DNA of 64,000 nt from an uncultured Gemmatimonadaceae bacterium (GCA_963822945.1 CAWGJO010000006.1:10712-74711), one strand, 5' to 3'; counted from the stretch's first letter, positions 9,060-20,973 are shown. The notes: generated from the letters alone by a model not told the origin. A program made the numbers and translations.

Positions 9060-11248
9060 GGACGAGGAGGAGCACGGCCAGCACGCGCACCGGACGGTCG
9101 CTGTCGCCGCGCGCGTGGAGTTGGGCGAACGTGCGGACGGCGTTGAGCCAGGCTTCGTCGGGCATACGTGCTTCTGCAAGTTCCTGAAGCACCTGCTCGG
9201 CGCCGGCGCCGAAGGCCGAGGTGGCGGCACGGCGCGCGTCCCGGGTGAGTGGGGCGTATCGGGCACGCAGGTGCCGCGGGCTTCGAGATGCGATGCCGTC
9301 GATGCGGCGGAGCATCCGCCGGCGCGCGACGGCGGTGCCGATGGTCGCCGGCTCGAGCAGTCCGAGCGAATCGAGTTCCTCGCCCCACTCGTGCACGCGC
9401 GCCACGACCTCGTCGGCGAGGGCGGAATCGAAATCCGTTTCGCCGCCGCCGGCCGCCTCGACCGCGTCGAGAACGGAGGCCAGGTCATCGCGGGTTCGCA
9501 GCAGGTCGCCGCAGAGCAACCGTGTTTCGCCCGCGGCCTGAACGACGGCGAGGTAACCGGGTTCTGCTGCATGCGTCGCCGCCACCAGCGTCGGACCGGC
9601 AGGACGATCCGGGGTGGGCGCGAGCCAACGCTCCAACGCCTGCGTGAGCCGGCCGGCCGCCGTGAGCGCGGCCGGAGACTCGACGGCGGGGGCAGCGAAG
9701 AGGCGCGGCACGATCGCCCCCCGGATTCCGACCGCGCGCGCGGCTTCGCGCAACTTGCGGCGCAGGTGGGCTTCGAGCTGGAGCAGCTTGTTCGCGCCGG
9801 CGGGCGGCCGCATTGCGTAGACGAAGACCTCATCGTGCGGCGATCCCATACGCCGGATCCGGCCGATGCGCTGTTCGCACCGCGCGGGAGTCCACGGCAG
9901 GTCGGCATGCACCACGACGTCGGCCGCCTGCAGGTTGACTCCTTCGCTGAACAGATCGGTGGTGATGAGCGTCCGGACGCGCTGCGCCGCCGGCACCCGA
10001 TCGCGGCCGCCCGGCGCGAACTGGGCCAGGAGTTCACGCCGAGTGATCCGGCCGCCGGCGACGGCGCCTCCGCGGCCGGTGAGCATGGCGACCTGGCCGT
10101 ACGGAGCGAGGCGCCGGTAGAGCGCCTTCACGGTCTCGCCGAACTCGGCGAACACTACGATCTGTGAATCCGCGTGGCGGCGCATCACGTCCAGCAGCGC
10201 CTCGGCTCGGGTGTCGTCCGGATCGGGGTCCATCGCCAGGGCGTGCAGCAGCCACTCCACGCCGTCGCGGTGAAAGGTCGCTTCGTCGATGAGCGTTGCG
10301 TCGTCCGGGATGAGCGAATCGCTGGCGATCTGCGGAAAGGCCAGTTGCAGCGCGCCCTCGGTGTAGCACCAGGCCCGCAGTTGCGCGCGTGTCGGATAGC
10401 GATCGGCGTCGAACGCCTCGAGAAGCGCTTCGCACTGCGCCAGCCGCCGGCGGAGCGCCGACGCGAACGCGGCGCGGCTCGAACCCCATTGCCGGACGAG
10501 GGAGAGTGTGAGCAGAGCGCCGCCGTCTCCGCCGTCTTCCACCGGCACCGGAGGGGGCAACTCGAGAATCTCGTCGAGAATGCGCTCGTCGGCCCGGATG
10601 TCCAGCCACTTCAGGCCGGCCACGCGTGGGAGCACGGTACCGCGCTCGCCAGGGTCGACGTTGTCCGCCTCGCGCTTCACCACGCATGCTGCCAGACCGT
10701 CGGCGTCCAGGGCGCTCGCACGGCGCCCGAGAAAGAGCGCGAGTTGGGCGCGGAGGTCGTCGAGGCGATTGTGAACGGGCGTGGCCGAGAGGAGCAGCAC
10801 CGGCACGCGCGCGCAGAGTCGCGCTAGCGCGCGGTAGCGGCGCGTGGACGGGTTGCGAACGTGATGCGATTCATCCGCGATCACGAAGTCCGCGTCGAAG
10901 TTGAGCGCGCGTCCGCGGCTGAGCGCCTCGTACGATATGAACGTCGCCCCCATCCCGGCCCTGGCCAGCGCGTCGGTCCACATCCCGCGCAGGGCCGCGG
11001 GCGCCACGACGAGCAGGCGTTCCGCGTGTCGGGCCGCGGCGAGCGACGTGTAGGTCTTTCCGAACCCCACCGGATCCGCCAACATCGCGCCGCCGTATCT
11101 CGCCACGAGTTCGCGCAGGCGAGCGCCGGCCGCCCGCTGGTACGGGCGCAGCACGATGGTACCGAGCGTGTCGCGTCCCCGGGCGCCGAGCCACGCGCGC
11201 GCGATGGCCGCGCGCACGCATGTCCGCATTGCCGCGCGTCCAGTTCAT
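9025..11248 (-). CDS. SNF2/SF2 helicase (DExH). Start is probably the ATG overlapping the MTase stop, with a frameshift ~11225; alternative start 11229
   Basis: LADPVGFGKT, DESHH, SATPVHN, TTDLFSEGVNLQ and WTPARCEQRIGRIRR. Confidence 0.9.
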
Positions 11249-14200
11249 CGGGTGCTCCACCGAAGCAGCGGCGCCAATTGCCGCCGATCGATGCCGAATG
11301 CCTCGAGCACGCTCTCGAGAAGTTGCGCGTCGGGAATCGGGACCGGCGGGTCATGGCCCTCGAACCGCGTCACCAGCGGGGCGAGCGTTCGACGCGCGCG
11401 GTCCCAATCGGCGGGAAGGGGAAGGCGCGCCATGGTCCAACCGAGGTAACGTCGGAAGCCACCTCTTGCGGGCTCGGCGAGCACGTGCGACCACGCGGCC
11501 GCCACGGGCGAGTTGAGGATCGCGGCGAGAGTACGCGCGTCGTCCGCGTCCGCGCAGCGAATGACGTAGCAGGTGTTCATCGGCACGGTCGGGTCGCCGG
11601 CCGGCAGGACGAGCGCCCGCGGCCGCCGCCCGAAGTCGGCCCAGACGACGCGCGGGACATCGGAGCGAGCGCCGTCCGTGCGGAAGAGCGTCCACCAGGG
11701 GCACTTGCCGTGCGCATCGGTACGCGCGGCCAGACGATGCCGGTAGCGCGAGAGCCACCGTCGGGTGCGGGGCGGCAACTCCCGAAGCGCTACTCCGCGT
11801 TCGTCGCACGGCCAGACGATGCGCTCGCGATCACCGGTGCTCACCCAGGGCCGAAGAGTCTCCCCGCGAACGACCGGCCGAAGGTGGCGGCACTCGAGTT
11901 CGCCGGTCTTGCCCCCGGCGGCGCGAACCGTCGCGACCCCGCCGCGCGCGTCGAGCAACTCGACCACGAACGCGTCGTTGCACCCGCTCTTCACGCCGAG
12001 CAGCGGGCGGCCGACGGGTCCGTCGGCGAGCGGGACGCCGATGCGTGTCAGGCGATCGAACGCAGCACGCACCGCCGGCGGGAGCAGCAGCCACGGGCTT
12101 CCGGCGGTGTCGTCGAGCGTGAGTCCGCTCGGCGGGAGGTGCCATGCCTCCCGCGTCCCGTGCCGGTGCACGGCGATCGCGATCGGTTGGCGGACGGCGT
12201 CGCCGATTGCCGGCGGTTTGCGGGCGACGAGCAGGGACGGGTAGACGGCCGCGTCGAAGAGAGCGGGGGCGTCAGAGTAGTCCTCGACGCGCACCACCCG
12301 CGCATGCTCGTCCACGAGACGCCGCACTCCGCCGCCGGCGAGCGACCGCCAGAGCTTGGCGGGAAGGAGCAGGGCGAGCGTTCCGCCGTTGGCAAGCAGC
12401 GCGACGCTGCGCTCGACGAACAACGCCGCGAGGTCGACCTGGCCGGCGAACCCCGCCGACGCGTGCGCCGCGGCGGCCCCGGGCTCCCACTGCGCGCGGC
12501 GGAAGACGAAGTAGTCGGCCTGGAGCCGCGCGCGTTCTCTCGCCGGAATGCGGTGCAGCCGCACCCACGGCGGGTTGCCGATCACGACGTCGAATCCTCC
12601 CCGGTCGCCGATGTCTGCGAAGTGCACGGGAAAGGAGAAGGGGAGCGCGCCGCCGTCGGCCAGTCGGCGATGCTCGCGCTGCAGCACCACCACACGGCGT
12701 CGGAGCGATGTCAGATCCCGGCGGTCAGCGGCCGTGAGGCGATGCCGCTCGCCGAACAGATCGCGCCCACGGTGCGCCAGCACCGCTTCACGACGGGCGT
12801 GCCGCGCGGCGGTCAACTCGCGCTCCAGCAGACTCAACGCTCGTGATCGCTCCCGGCGATCGAGCGTCCGGCCGAGCGTCGACTTGCGGGCGCCCGTGGC
12901 TCGCGCGTAGCGGCGGTGGAGGAGTGCGAGCTTGGACGAGCCCGCGGCGTGTGGTCCGTCAGCCGCTCCGAAGCCGGGACCGGAGAGCGAGTCGCCGACG
13001 CGTACGTTGCGATCGAGATTCGGGAGCGGAGCGACGGCTAGCGGATCGGCGACGTCGCACTCGATAACCACGGCGAGCCAGAGCCGGAGTTCGCACAGCC
13101 AGACGGCCGTCGGGTTCCGGTCGACGCCGAACAGCGATGCGGTCAATACGTCCCGGCGCACCGCGCTCACGGGTCGCCGGTCGCCGAGCACGATCCGGAG
13201 ATCGGCAAGGCGGTGCAACGCGTGCACGAGAAAGGCCCCTGAGCCGCACGCCGGGTCGAGCAGGGTGGCGCGCGCGAGACGCCGGCGGAACTCCTCGTGA
13301 TCAGCGACCGGCGGCGCGCCCTCTACGAGCAGGCGAGCGGCGTCGGACTCCGATAATCCGGTCGCGACGAGCAACTGCTCGAGCGCCTGATCGGTGACGC
13401 GTTCGACGAGGCGCTGTGGGGTGAAGAATGCGCCGCTGTCTCGGCGGTCGTGCGATGCCATGAGCGATTCGAACGCTCGGCCGAGCATCTCCGGATCGAC
13501 GGCGGCGTCGCTCCACGTGGTCGAATCCTCACGCGCCGTGAAGCGGTATCGGGAGAACAGATCGCCGACGATTGCGCCGAGGGCCCGGTCGGCAAAGACG
13601 AGGTCGCGGTTGCGTCGTTCGACCGGCGTGGGCGCGAAGAGGCCGCCGTTCAGGAACGGGATGCGGCCGAGGGCGCGGGCGGTCGGGGCGCGCCGGGCCA
13701 GCGGTGTGTTGAGCGTGCCGAAGAAGAGCGGGCGAAGCACGCGTGCGTGAAACCGCCCGCCCGCTGCCGCGCAGGCATCGAAGCTCTCGATGAGGTACGT
13801 GCGGCGGCCGTCGAGCCACCCCTTGGCTTCGAGGAACGCGAGAAAGAGGAGGCGCGAGGTGTAGAGGAGGGCGAGCGTGCGCCGGTCGTCGGGCGGGCAG
13901 CGTCCCGGTGCCGACGTTGCGAGATCGGTCACTCGCCGCTCGAGTTCGCGGTAGAACCGCCGGCAGAGCGCGTCGCGGCCCAGGACCTCAGTCCATCGGA
14001 GGTGCTGGAGACCGGCATCCGTGTTCGCGCCCGATTGAAGGGCGCAGATCGTCTCGGCGTCGCTGACGCGCACCTGCCGGCGATCGACGAGCAGCGATCG
14101 GACGCGCGGGGGACGGCGGTCACCGCTCCAGGCGGCGAGCGCAAGGGACGCGTCGCGGTTGTCGGCCAGGGCGACCAGGCACAGCAGGTGAGGCGCGTGC

Positions 14201-14463
14201 GATTGCAGGCGCGCGGCGATACGGGGAAGCTGTTCGCGGAGCGGGGGGCCGGCCCCGATCACCCCCGCGAGCGCGCATCCGCCGTTGCCCACGGGAATGA
14301 ATGTCAGATCGCGGAATGACTCGGTAAGGCCGATCGCCGAGCGGCGACCCGCGTCGAGTGGTCGGGCGACTCCGTCGATCCCGACCGACGCCAGCAGCGT
14401 GGCGATCGCGTGCGGAGAATCCGCGGCGGCCAGGAGGGCGGCCGCGGTACGGGGGGAGAGCAC
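11245..14463 (-). CDS. Large N6-adenine DNA methyltransferase (Eco57I/type IIG-like, with TRD-like C-terminus)
   Basis: IPFLNGGLF, VDPEMLGRAFE, SGAFFTP, LDPACGSGAFL and FDVVIGNPPW. Confidence 0.9.
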   Translation of the reverse strand: MLSPRTAAALLAAADSPHAIATLLASVGIDGVARPLDAGRRSAIGLTESFRDLTFIPVGNGGCALAGVIGAGPPLREQLPRIAARLQSHAPHLLCLVALADNRDASLALAAWSGDRRPPRVRSLLVDRRQVRVSDAETICALQSGANTDAGLQHLRWTEVLGRDALCRRFYRELERRVTDLATSAPGRCPPDDRRTLALLYTSRLLFLAFLEAKGWLDGRRTYLIESFDACAAAGGRFHARVLRPLFFGTLNTPLARRAPTARALGRIPFLNGGLFAPTPVERRNRDLVFADRALGAIVGDLFSRYRFTAREDSTTWSDAAVDPEMLGRAFESLMASHDRRDSGAFFTPQRLVERVTDQALEQLLVATGLSESDAARLLVEGAPPVADHEEFRRRLARATLLDPACGSGAFLVHALHRLADLRIVLGDRRPVSAVRRDVLTASLFGVDRNPTAVWLCELRLWLAVVIECDVADPLAVAPLPNLDRNVRVGDSLSGPGFGAADGPHAAGSSKLALLHRRYARATGARKSTLGRTLDRRERSRALSLLERELTAARHARREAVLAHRGRDLFGERHRLTAADRRDLTSLRRRVVVLQREHRRLADGGALPFSFPVHFADIGDRGGFDVVIGNPPWVRLHRIPARERARLQADYFVFRRAQWEPGAAAAHASAGFAGQVDLAALFVERSVALLANGGTLALLLPAKLWRSLAGGGVRRLVDEHARVVRVEDYSDAPALFDAAVYPSLLVARKPPAIGDAVRQPIAIAVHRHGTREAWHLPPSGLTLDDTAGSPWLLLPPAVRAAFDRLTRIGVPLADGPVGRPLLGVKSGCNDAFVVELLDARGGVATVRAAGGKTGELECRHLRPVVRGETLRPWVSTGDRERIVWPCDERGVALRELPPRTRRWLSRYRHRLAARTDAHGKCPWWTLFRTDGARSDVPRVVWADFGRRPRALVLPAGDPTVPMNTCYVIRCADADDARTLAAILNSPVAAAWSHVLAEPARGGFRRYLGWTMARLPLPADWDRARRTLAPLVTRFEGHDPPVPIPDAQLLESVLEAFGIDRRQLAPLLRWSTR

Positions 14464-14539
14464 GCGAGCACGCTACCTCGCCCCGCCAACCGCACCGCCA
14501 TCACCGCACTGCGAACCGGCTCAATTCACGCCGTCAACC

Positions 14540-16659
14540 CTACGGCAACCGCTCCGCCGTGAACGAGACGATCACCGTCCGCGGCATCCCCGGCTCGTAC
14601 GCCGCCGGCTGCACCGTTCACCAGATCGGGGTTCAGGAACGCCGATCCGATGTACCGCGTGTCGGCCAGGTTCTGCACCGACACGAATCCGCGGATCCCC
14701 ACGCCGCCGGCGCTCAGCAGCGGCCGCCGCCACTCCAGCGTGAAGTTGAGAATGCTGTGCCCCGCCACCCGCACCAGGTTGGCGTCGTCGGCAAAGTACC
14801 CGCTCGCATGCTCCAGCCCCAGCTTCACCCGCGGCGCGTATGCACCGCTGAACTGCGTGCCCACCTCCACGTTGGCCATCAGGTCGGGCACGCCCATCAC
14901 CTTGTGCCCGCTGAAGTCGGCCGTGGCGCCGGGGCTGCCCAGATACGTGCTGTCCACCACGTAGTCCAGATACCGGTTGCGCGACCAGGTGAACGCGGCG
15001 TTGGCGAACACGCCGCGCGGCCCCTGCGCGGTGAGCCCCAACTCCGCCCCGCTGCGCCGCCCGCGCGCCGCCGTGAGATAGAACCGGCCGCCGTTGTAGG
15101 GGATGATCTCGTTGGACACCTCGATGTCGTACAGCGCCAGGTCCGACGAGATCCAGAACGCCGCCGCCTGCAGCCCCACCGTCTTGTAACCCACCTCGTA
15201 GCTGGTGGAACGAATGGGGTCGAGCAGCGGGTTGATGCCCACGGGCGGCATTCCCGGCCCCACATCGGTCTCGTTGCCCGCCGGCACCTCGATGCCCCCG
15301 CCCACGTTGGCATACGCGTTGGACGTGGCCGAGGTGCGCCAGCTCAGCCCCAGCTTGGGCGTCACGTGCGTGAACGCGCGGCTGTCGTTGAGCGACGGGT
15401 CGATGTAGCTGTGCGCGTAGTACGTCACGTTGTCGAAGCGCGCGCCGGCGGACAGGGTCACACGGTCGCCGAGCGGGAACTCGCCCTGCGCGAAGGCGCC
15501 CAGATTGTTGGCGCCCTCGCCCTTGTTGTCGCGCAGATCGGGGCCCCGCTGGCCGTCCACCAGCGAGTAGAAGAGAATCGCCCCGTCCTGAAACGCCTCG
15601 TCGGCGCCCGCCGTGACGCGCAACTCGCGCCCCGACGGCAGCACGAAGCTGTGCCGGCCCACCACGTTGCCCCCCACGTGGTAGCGCGTGAAGTCGCGGT
15701 AGGTGCCGCGCTCGGAACGCTGCAGGTACTTGGGACTCACGAACACCATTCCCGACAGCGACGTCGCCGAGTCCACCTGGTGTTCCACCGTGGCCCCCAG
15801 CCGCGCGATGCGGTTGTACCGGCGCTCGTCGCGCGAGGCGTACGTGGCGTTGGCCTGCCGCGGATCGGCCGTCACCTCGGCCATGGTGAGCGGCCCCGGA
15901 ATGCGGAACAGGTTGTTGGCGCCGGACGCGTACACGCCCAGCCGCGTGCGCGTCGCCCATCATCCCCACCACGCCCGCGTTCACCAGCGAGCGCCGCGCC
16001 CCCGAGTGGTCGCGCCAGCCGTCGAACGACGTGTTGGTGAAGTTCACGTACGCCATGCCGCTGCCGGTGGGCGCCGACAGGCGCGTGGAATAGCGGGCCA
16101 GTCCGTAGCCGCCGAACATCGGCTGGAAGTCGAACGCCGGCGCGCTGCCCGTGGGCACGGTGCGCACGTTGATCACGCCGCCGGCCGCGTTGCCCCACAC
16201 CGCCGACGCGTTGGACCGGATCACCTCCACGCCCTCGGCGGCGGCGAGGTCGATCTGGTCGAACGCCGTGCGCCCGTCGGGCTCGGTTTCCGGAAAGCCG
16301 TCCACGAGCACGCGCACGCCGCGCGACGTGCCGGCGTTGGAGCGGTCGCCGGCGCCGCGGGCGCCGAAGCCGCGGATCACCAGCCGCACGTCGCTGGTGC
16401 CGTAGCGCGACTGGGCCACCACGCCCGGCACCATGGTGAGCGCCTCGTCCAGCCCGAAGCCGCGCAGCGAGCGGAGCTCGAGCGCGGGGATGCTGGTGAC
16501 GGCCAGCGGCGTGGTGAGAATCAGCGAGGGGGCGCGGGTGGCGGTGACGGTCACGCCGCGCAGGGCGACGGCGCTGTCGCGCGTGCCGGCATTCTGCGCC
16601 AGCGCAGGAGGGGCGAGCAGGACGCCGAGCACGGCGACGGCAACGACACGGGTACGCAT
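14540..16659 (-). CDS. TonB-dependent receptor; frameshifts ~15950 and ~14610
   Basis: Signal peptide, VTVTATR TonB box region, plug IRGFG..VLVDG..IEVIR-like motifs; barrel ends VQNLADTRY..AYEPGMPRTV. Confidence 0.88.
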
Positions 16660-16737
16660 GAGTGGGATGGGTGGATGTTGGGGGACATGCCCATTCGACG
16701 GCGATGCGGTGCTGTGTCCGAACCCTAACCGGTGGAC

Positions 16738-17892
16738 CTACTCCACGCTGTAGGACCTTCCCTTCCATTCCAGGCGCCGCCCGCGGGCCAGGGCGATGAC
16801 CGCGATGTAGAGCACCGCCAGCAGGCCGAGCGGATAGGCGAAGGCGTACCAGACGGGGAGCTTCAGAAAGGCGTAGCCCGCCCCCCAGAACGCCACGGCG
16901 AACCCCACGGTGACCACCGCCCAGAGCAGCGCGGCCGGCGAGGTGAGCCCGGCGAGTCCGGCAAGGAGCACCACGGGCGGGGCCAGCGCCACGAGCGGAG
17001 CCCCGAGCAGGGCCAGCGGAAAGAGTGCCCGCGACAGGCGGTCCGGCATCGCGTCGCGCCCGCCCACGTACACGTTCTTCTGCCATCCGCGCACGATCTC
17101 GTCCAGCGACGTGTACATGCGCGTGCTGAGCTGGTCGAGCCCCGCCACGAGCGCCAACCGGCGTCCCTGTCGGACGAAGCGCTGCGCCAGCGCCAGATCC
17201 TCCGCTACCTTGTCGCGCACCGCCTCGTGTCCGCCGCTGGCGTCGTACGCCGCGCGCGTGACGAAGATGCACTGGCCGTTGGCGATCGCGTCGGCGGGGC
17301 GGCGGGCGTTGCTCACCCGCTCAGTGCCGCCGTAGCGCGCCACCAGCAGCCCGAACATCTGCGGCTGCACCACGCGCTCCCAGAAGGTGCCCAGTTCCTG
17401 GGCGCCGGCCACGGTGAGCAGATCGGCGCCGCGCGCCCGCATGGCGTTCACGCTCCGGGCCACGAGATCGGGTGCGTGCACGGTGTCGGCATCGGTGAAG
17501 AGCAGGACGTCGCCCGTGGCCACGGCGGCGCCCGCCGCGCACGCCCACTGCTTGCCGAACCAGCCGTCGGGGAGCGGCTCCGGCGTGATCACGCGCACCC
17601 TCGGGTCGTCGAGGGCGATCGCCCGCGCCAGCCCGCCGGTCTCGTCGGTGCTGTGGTCGTCCACCACGATCACCTCCAGGTCCGGGTGGTTGCTCGCGAG
17701 CACCGAGCGCAGGCAGCGCTCGATGTTCCGCGCCTCGTTGCGAGCGGGAATGACCACCGACACGCGCGGCACCGGAGGCGGCACGACGTCCGACCAGTCG
17801 TCCAGCGACCGCGAGTTCCGGGCCCGCAGCACGACGACCAGCGGCGCCAGCACCCAGGGCAGGGCGGCGAGGAGGGCGACGGGAACGGTCAC
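16738..17892 (-). CDS. Glycosyltransferase family 2 (CrtQ/HpnB-like)
   Basis: VSVVIPARNEA, VVDDHSTD, GWFGKQWAC, FTDAD, ANGQC and VAEDL. Confidence 0.9.
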   Translation of the reverse strand: MTVPVALLAALPWVLAPLVVVLRARNSRSLDDWSDVVPPPVPRVSVVIPARNEARNIERCLRSVLASNHPDLEVIVVDDHSTDETGGLARAIALDDPRVRVITPEPLPDGWFGKQWACAAGAAVATGDVLLFTDADTVHAPDLVARSVNAMRARGADLLTVAGAQELGTFWERVVQPQMFGLLVARYGGTERVSNARRPADAIANGQCIFVTRAAYDASGGHEAVRDKVAEDLALAQRFVRQGRRLALVAGLDQLSTRMYTSLDEIVRGWQKNVYVGGRDAMPDRLSRALFPLALLGAPLVALAPPVVLLAGLAGLTSPAALLWAVVTVGFAVAFWGAGYAFLKLPVWYAFAYPLGLLAVLYIAVIALARGRRLEWKGRSYSVE

Positions 17893-18032
17893 GACGGGGA
17901 AGGGGCCGGAGAGCGGTGCACGAACGAAACCTCCACCGGTGATCCGCCACAGGGAAGGGCCGCGGCGCGTTGACCGCGCCCGGGGAACCGTCTACGTTCG
18001 TGCGCCATGCACGTGCCCGCCGCCCGCTCCGC

Positions 18033-18934
18033 ATGAAGCGCCCGCCGCCGCTGGGCACGGGCGCGCGCGTGGCGCTGCTCGCGCCGGCCGGCCCGCTCGC
18101 CGGCCCCGACGACCTGGCGCGCGCCGAGGCGAACTGCCGCGCCATGGGATGGGAGCCCGTGCCCGGCAAGGCGGTGCTGGCCCGCGACGGCTACCTGGCG
18201 GGCACCGATCAGGAGCGGCTGGACGACTTCAACGCCGCGCTGCGCGACGACGCGATCGACGGCATCTGGTGCGTGCGCGGCGGCTACGGCGCCATGCGGC
18301 TGCTGGAGGGCATCCAGTACGACGTGTTGCGCCGCCATCCGCAAGACGCTCATGGGCTACTCGGACATCACGGCGCTGCACGCCGCCATCGGCATGCGCT
18401 GCAACCTGGTGACCTACCACGCCCCGGTGGCGCGCGCCGAGCTGACCCCGTTCTCGCGCGATTCGCTGGAGCGCGCGGTGGTGCAGCGGGTGGATCCGTG
18501 CGGCGCGGCGCCCGACGCGCGGACGCTGCGCGGGGGACGGGCGCAGGGGCGGCTCGTGGGCGGGAACCTGGCCCTGCTCGCGGCGCTGGCCGGCACGGCG
18601 TTCGCCCCCGACTACGAGAACGCGATCGTCGTGCTCGAGGACGTGAACGAGGACGTGTACCGCGTGGAGCGCATGCTCCTCACGCTGCGGTTGGGCGACG
18701 CCTTTGCCACCTGCACCGGGCTCGTGTTCGGCGCCTTCACCAACACGCCCGAGCACCGTCCCGACCACGGCGGCTCGCGCTCGCTGGCCGCCGTGCTGCA
18801 GGAGCTGGCCGATCTGCTGCGCGTGCCCTGTCTGTCGGGTGTTCCCGTGGGCCACATCGACGACCAGTGGACGCGTGCCGCTCGGCATGCACGCGCGGTT
18901 GGATGCCGACGAGCGCACGCTGTCGGTGGGCTAG
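18033..18934 (+). CDS. LD-carboxypeptidase (peptidase S66); frameshifts ~18345 and ~18875
   Basis: YLAGTDQERL, RGGYGA, GYSDITAL, GGNL, LEDVNE and PVGH. Confidence 0.9.
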
Positions 18935-18989
18935 TCTTACCCGCCGCGGCGGCCGCGATTAGGTTGCGGTCATCCCTCCACATTCGCTC

Positions 18990-19346
18990 ATGAAAACCGG
19001 TCAGGCACTTCTCGACGAAGTCAAATCGCGGATTCAGGAAACGTCCGTGGCGAGCGCGCTGGACAGCTACCGGCGGCGCGAGCACATCGTGTTCCTGGAC
19101 GTACGCGACCCAAACGAGACCGGGCTCGGCCGCATTCCGGGCGCCCTGGTGATCTCGCGCGGGAATCTCGAATCGAAAGTCGAGGCGGTGCTGCCGCGCG
19201 ACGCGATGGTGATCGTCTACTGCACCAACGGCAACCGCTCTGCGTTCGCGGCCGATACGCTGGAGCAGATGGGCTACCGGAACGTCACCTCGCTGCGCGA
19301 GGGGTATCGCGGCTGGCTGGACGCCGGCGGCGATGTGGAGGATTGA
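18990..19346 (+). CDS. Rhodanese-like domain protein
   Basis: LDVRDPNE..GRIPGA and VYCTNGNRSA. Confidence 0.9.
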   Translation: MKTGQALLDEVKSRIQETSVASALDSYRRREHIVFLDVRDPNETGLGRIPGALVISRGNLESKVEAVLPRDAMVIVYCTNGNRSAFAADTLEQMGYRNVTSLREGYRGWLDAGGDVED

Positions 19347-19364
19347 CGGCTGGCAGGCAATGAG

Positions 19365-19979
19365 ATGACGCCGCTCGACGAACTGCTGCACCACCCCGAA
19401 GTCGCGCGAATCACACGAGCACTGGCGGCCCGTCCGGGGCGGATCGTCCATCCCGACGTGCCGGTTCGCTACGCCGCCACGGCCGCGACGCTGCGCATGG
19501 GTGCGGCGGGCCCCGAACTGCTGCTGATCCGGCGTGCCGAGGTGGAGCGCGACCCGTGGAGCGGGCACGTGGCGATGCCGGGGGGGCGCATGGACGCGGG
19601 CGATCCGGACCTCGCGGCCACCGCCATCCGCGAGACGCGCGAGGAAACGGGGATCGACCTCGCCGCGGCCGGGCGAATGCTCGGCACGCTCGACGAGATC
19701 CATCCCCGCACACCCTCGCTGCCCCTGATCGTCGTGCGCCCCTACGTGGCGGCCGTGGCCGGCAATACCTCGGTGACGCCCAACCGGGAGATCGCCGGAT
19801 ACACGTGGGTTCCCTTCGCCGCCTTTCTCGACGAACGCAACTGGGGCACGGCGCCGATCGCCGTGCGGACCCTGGGCACCCAGGAGCGCCCGGTGTTCCG
19901 CTACGACGGCTACCAGGTGTGGGGGATGACCGAGTACATGCTGCGGCAGCTCGTGACGCGCTACCGGCAAACCGACTGA
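19365..19979 (+). CDS. CoA pyrophosphatase (Nudix)
   Basis: SGHVAMPGG..D..ATAIRETREETGI and VWGMT. Confidence 0.88.
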   Translation: MTPLDELLHHPEVARITRALAARPGRIVHPDVPVRYAATAATLRMGAAGPELLLIRRAEVERDPWSGHVAMPGGRMDAGDPDLAATAIRETREETGIDLAAAGRMLGTLDEIHPRTPSLPLIVVRPYVAAVAGNTSVTPNREIAGYTWVPFAAFLDERNWGTAPIAVRTLGTQERPVFRYDGYQVWGMTEYMLRQLVTRYRQTD

Positions 19980-19986
19980 GCCACCG

Positions 19987-20364
19987 CTACGGGCGCGGCT
20001 TCACCGCCATGATCGCCATGGTGTTGCCGTCGGGATCCTTGAAGAAGGTCATCCAGAGGTCGCCGTTGGGCATCGGCGCCACCAGGTGCGGCTGGTCGAT
20101 GAACTCCACCCCGCGCTCCCGCATCTCCGCGTACGCTGCCTCCACGTCGGGGACGTCGAAGTAGAGGATCGACCCCGGGTGGTCGAACTCCGGCTCGGCG
20201 CCGGCGTCCAGCATGAGCCGCGTGCCGCCGGCGTCGAAGAAGGCGAGGCTGGGCGGGGCGGCAAAGAGGAACTTCATGCCGAGGGCGTCGCGGTAGAACG
20301 CGGTGGCGCGGTCGATGTCGTGGACGACGACGGCGATCTGGCCGATGTGGGAGAGGTGGGTCAC
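19987..20364 (-). CDS. VOC / glyoxalase family protein
   Basis: IGQIAVVVHDIDRATAFYRD and FFKDPDGN. Confidence 0.9.
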   Translation of the reverse strand: MTHLSHIGQIAVVVHDIDRATAFYRDALGMKFLFAAPPSLAFFDAGGTRLMLDAGAEPEFDHPGSILYFDVPDVEAAYAEMRERGVEFIDQPHLVAPMPNGDLWMTFFKDPDGNTMAIMAVKPRP

Positions 20365-20460
20365 GGGGGGCTGGGAGGCTGTCGGACGGTCGCGCGGTGA
20401 GGCCGTCGGTGGACGGAACGGGTTCCGATGGGTTGCCGGGCGTCCGCCACGCGCGAATAT

Positions 20461-20473
20461 TTAGCTAGGCTAA
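20461..20473. promoter_or_regulatory. Putative MarR operator between the divergent VOC and marR genes
   Basis: Inverted repeat TTAGC-TAG-GCTAA in an AT-rich patch just before ATG 20487. Confidence 0.45.
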
Positions 20474-20486
20474 CCAACTATTCATC

Positions 20487-20973
20487 ATGCCAGCGAAACG
20501 CGCAACCCCCCGCCACCCGTCCCGCCCGGCGCGCGGCGCCGGACCTCGAGCCCGCCGAGATCGCCACCCGGCTGCACTCGGCCGCCATCCACCTGCTGCG
20601 CCTGCTCCGGCGCGAGGACGACGCCTCGGGCATCTCGGCGCCCCTGCTCTCGGCGCTGAGCGTGCTGGTGTTCGGGGGCCCGCGCACCCTGGGGGAACTG
20701 GCGGCCGCCGAGCAGGTGCGGCCGGCCACGATGAGCCGGGCGGTGGACGCGCTGGCCGCGGCCGGGCTGGCCGAACGGGCGTCCGACCCCAGCGACGGGC
20801 GCGTGGCGCGCATCCGGGCCACGCCGTCGGGGCGGCGCATGCTGGAGGCCGGGCAGCGGCGCCGGGTGGCCAGCCTCACCAGCCGGCTGGACGGGCTGAC
20901 GGCGGCCGACCGGCGAACGCTGGGGACCGCGATCGGGATCCTGGAACGGGTGATCGGCGAGACGCCGGGCTGA
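20487..20973 (+). CDS. MarR family regulator (start uncertain; probable frameshift in the C-run ~20510)
   Basis: LSALSVL..GPRTLGELAAAEQVRPATMSR and DPSDGRVARIRATPSG. Confidence 0.85.
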
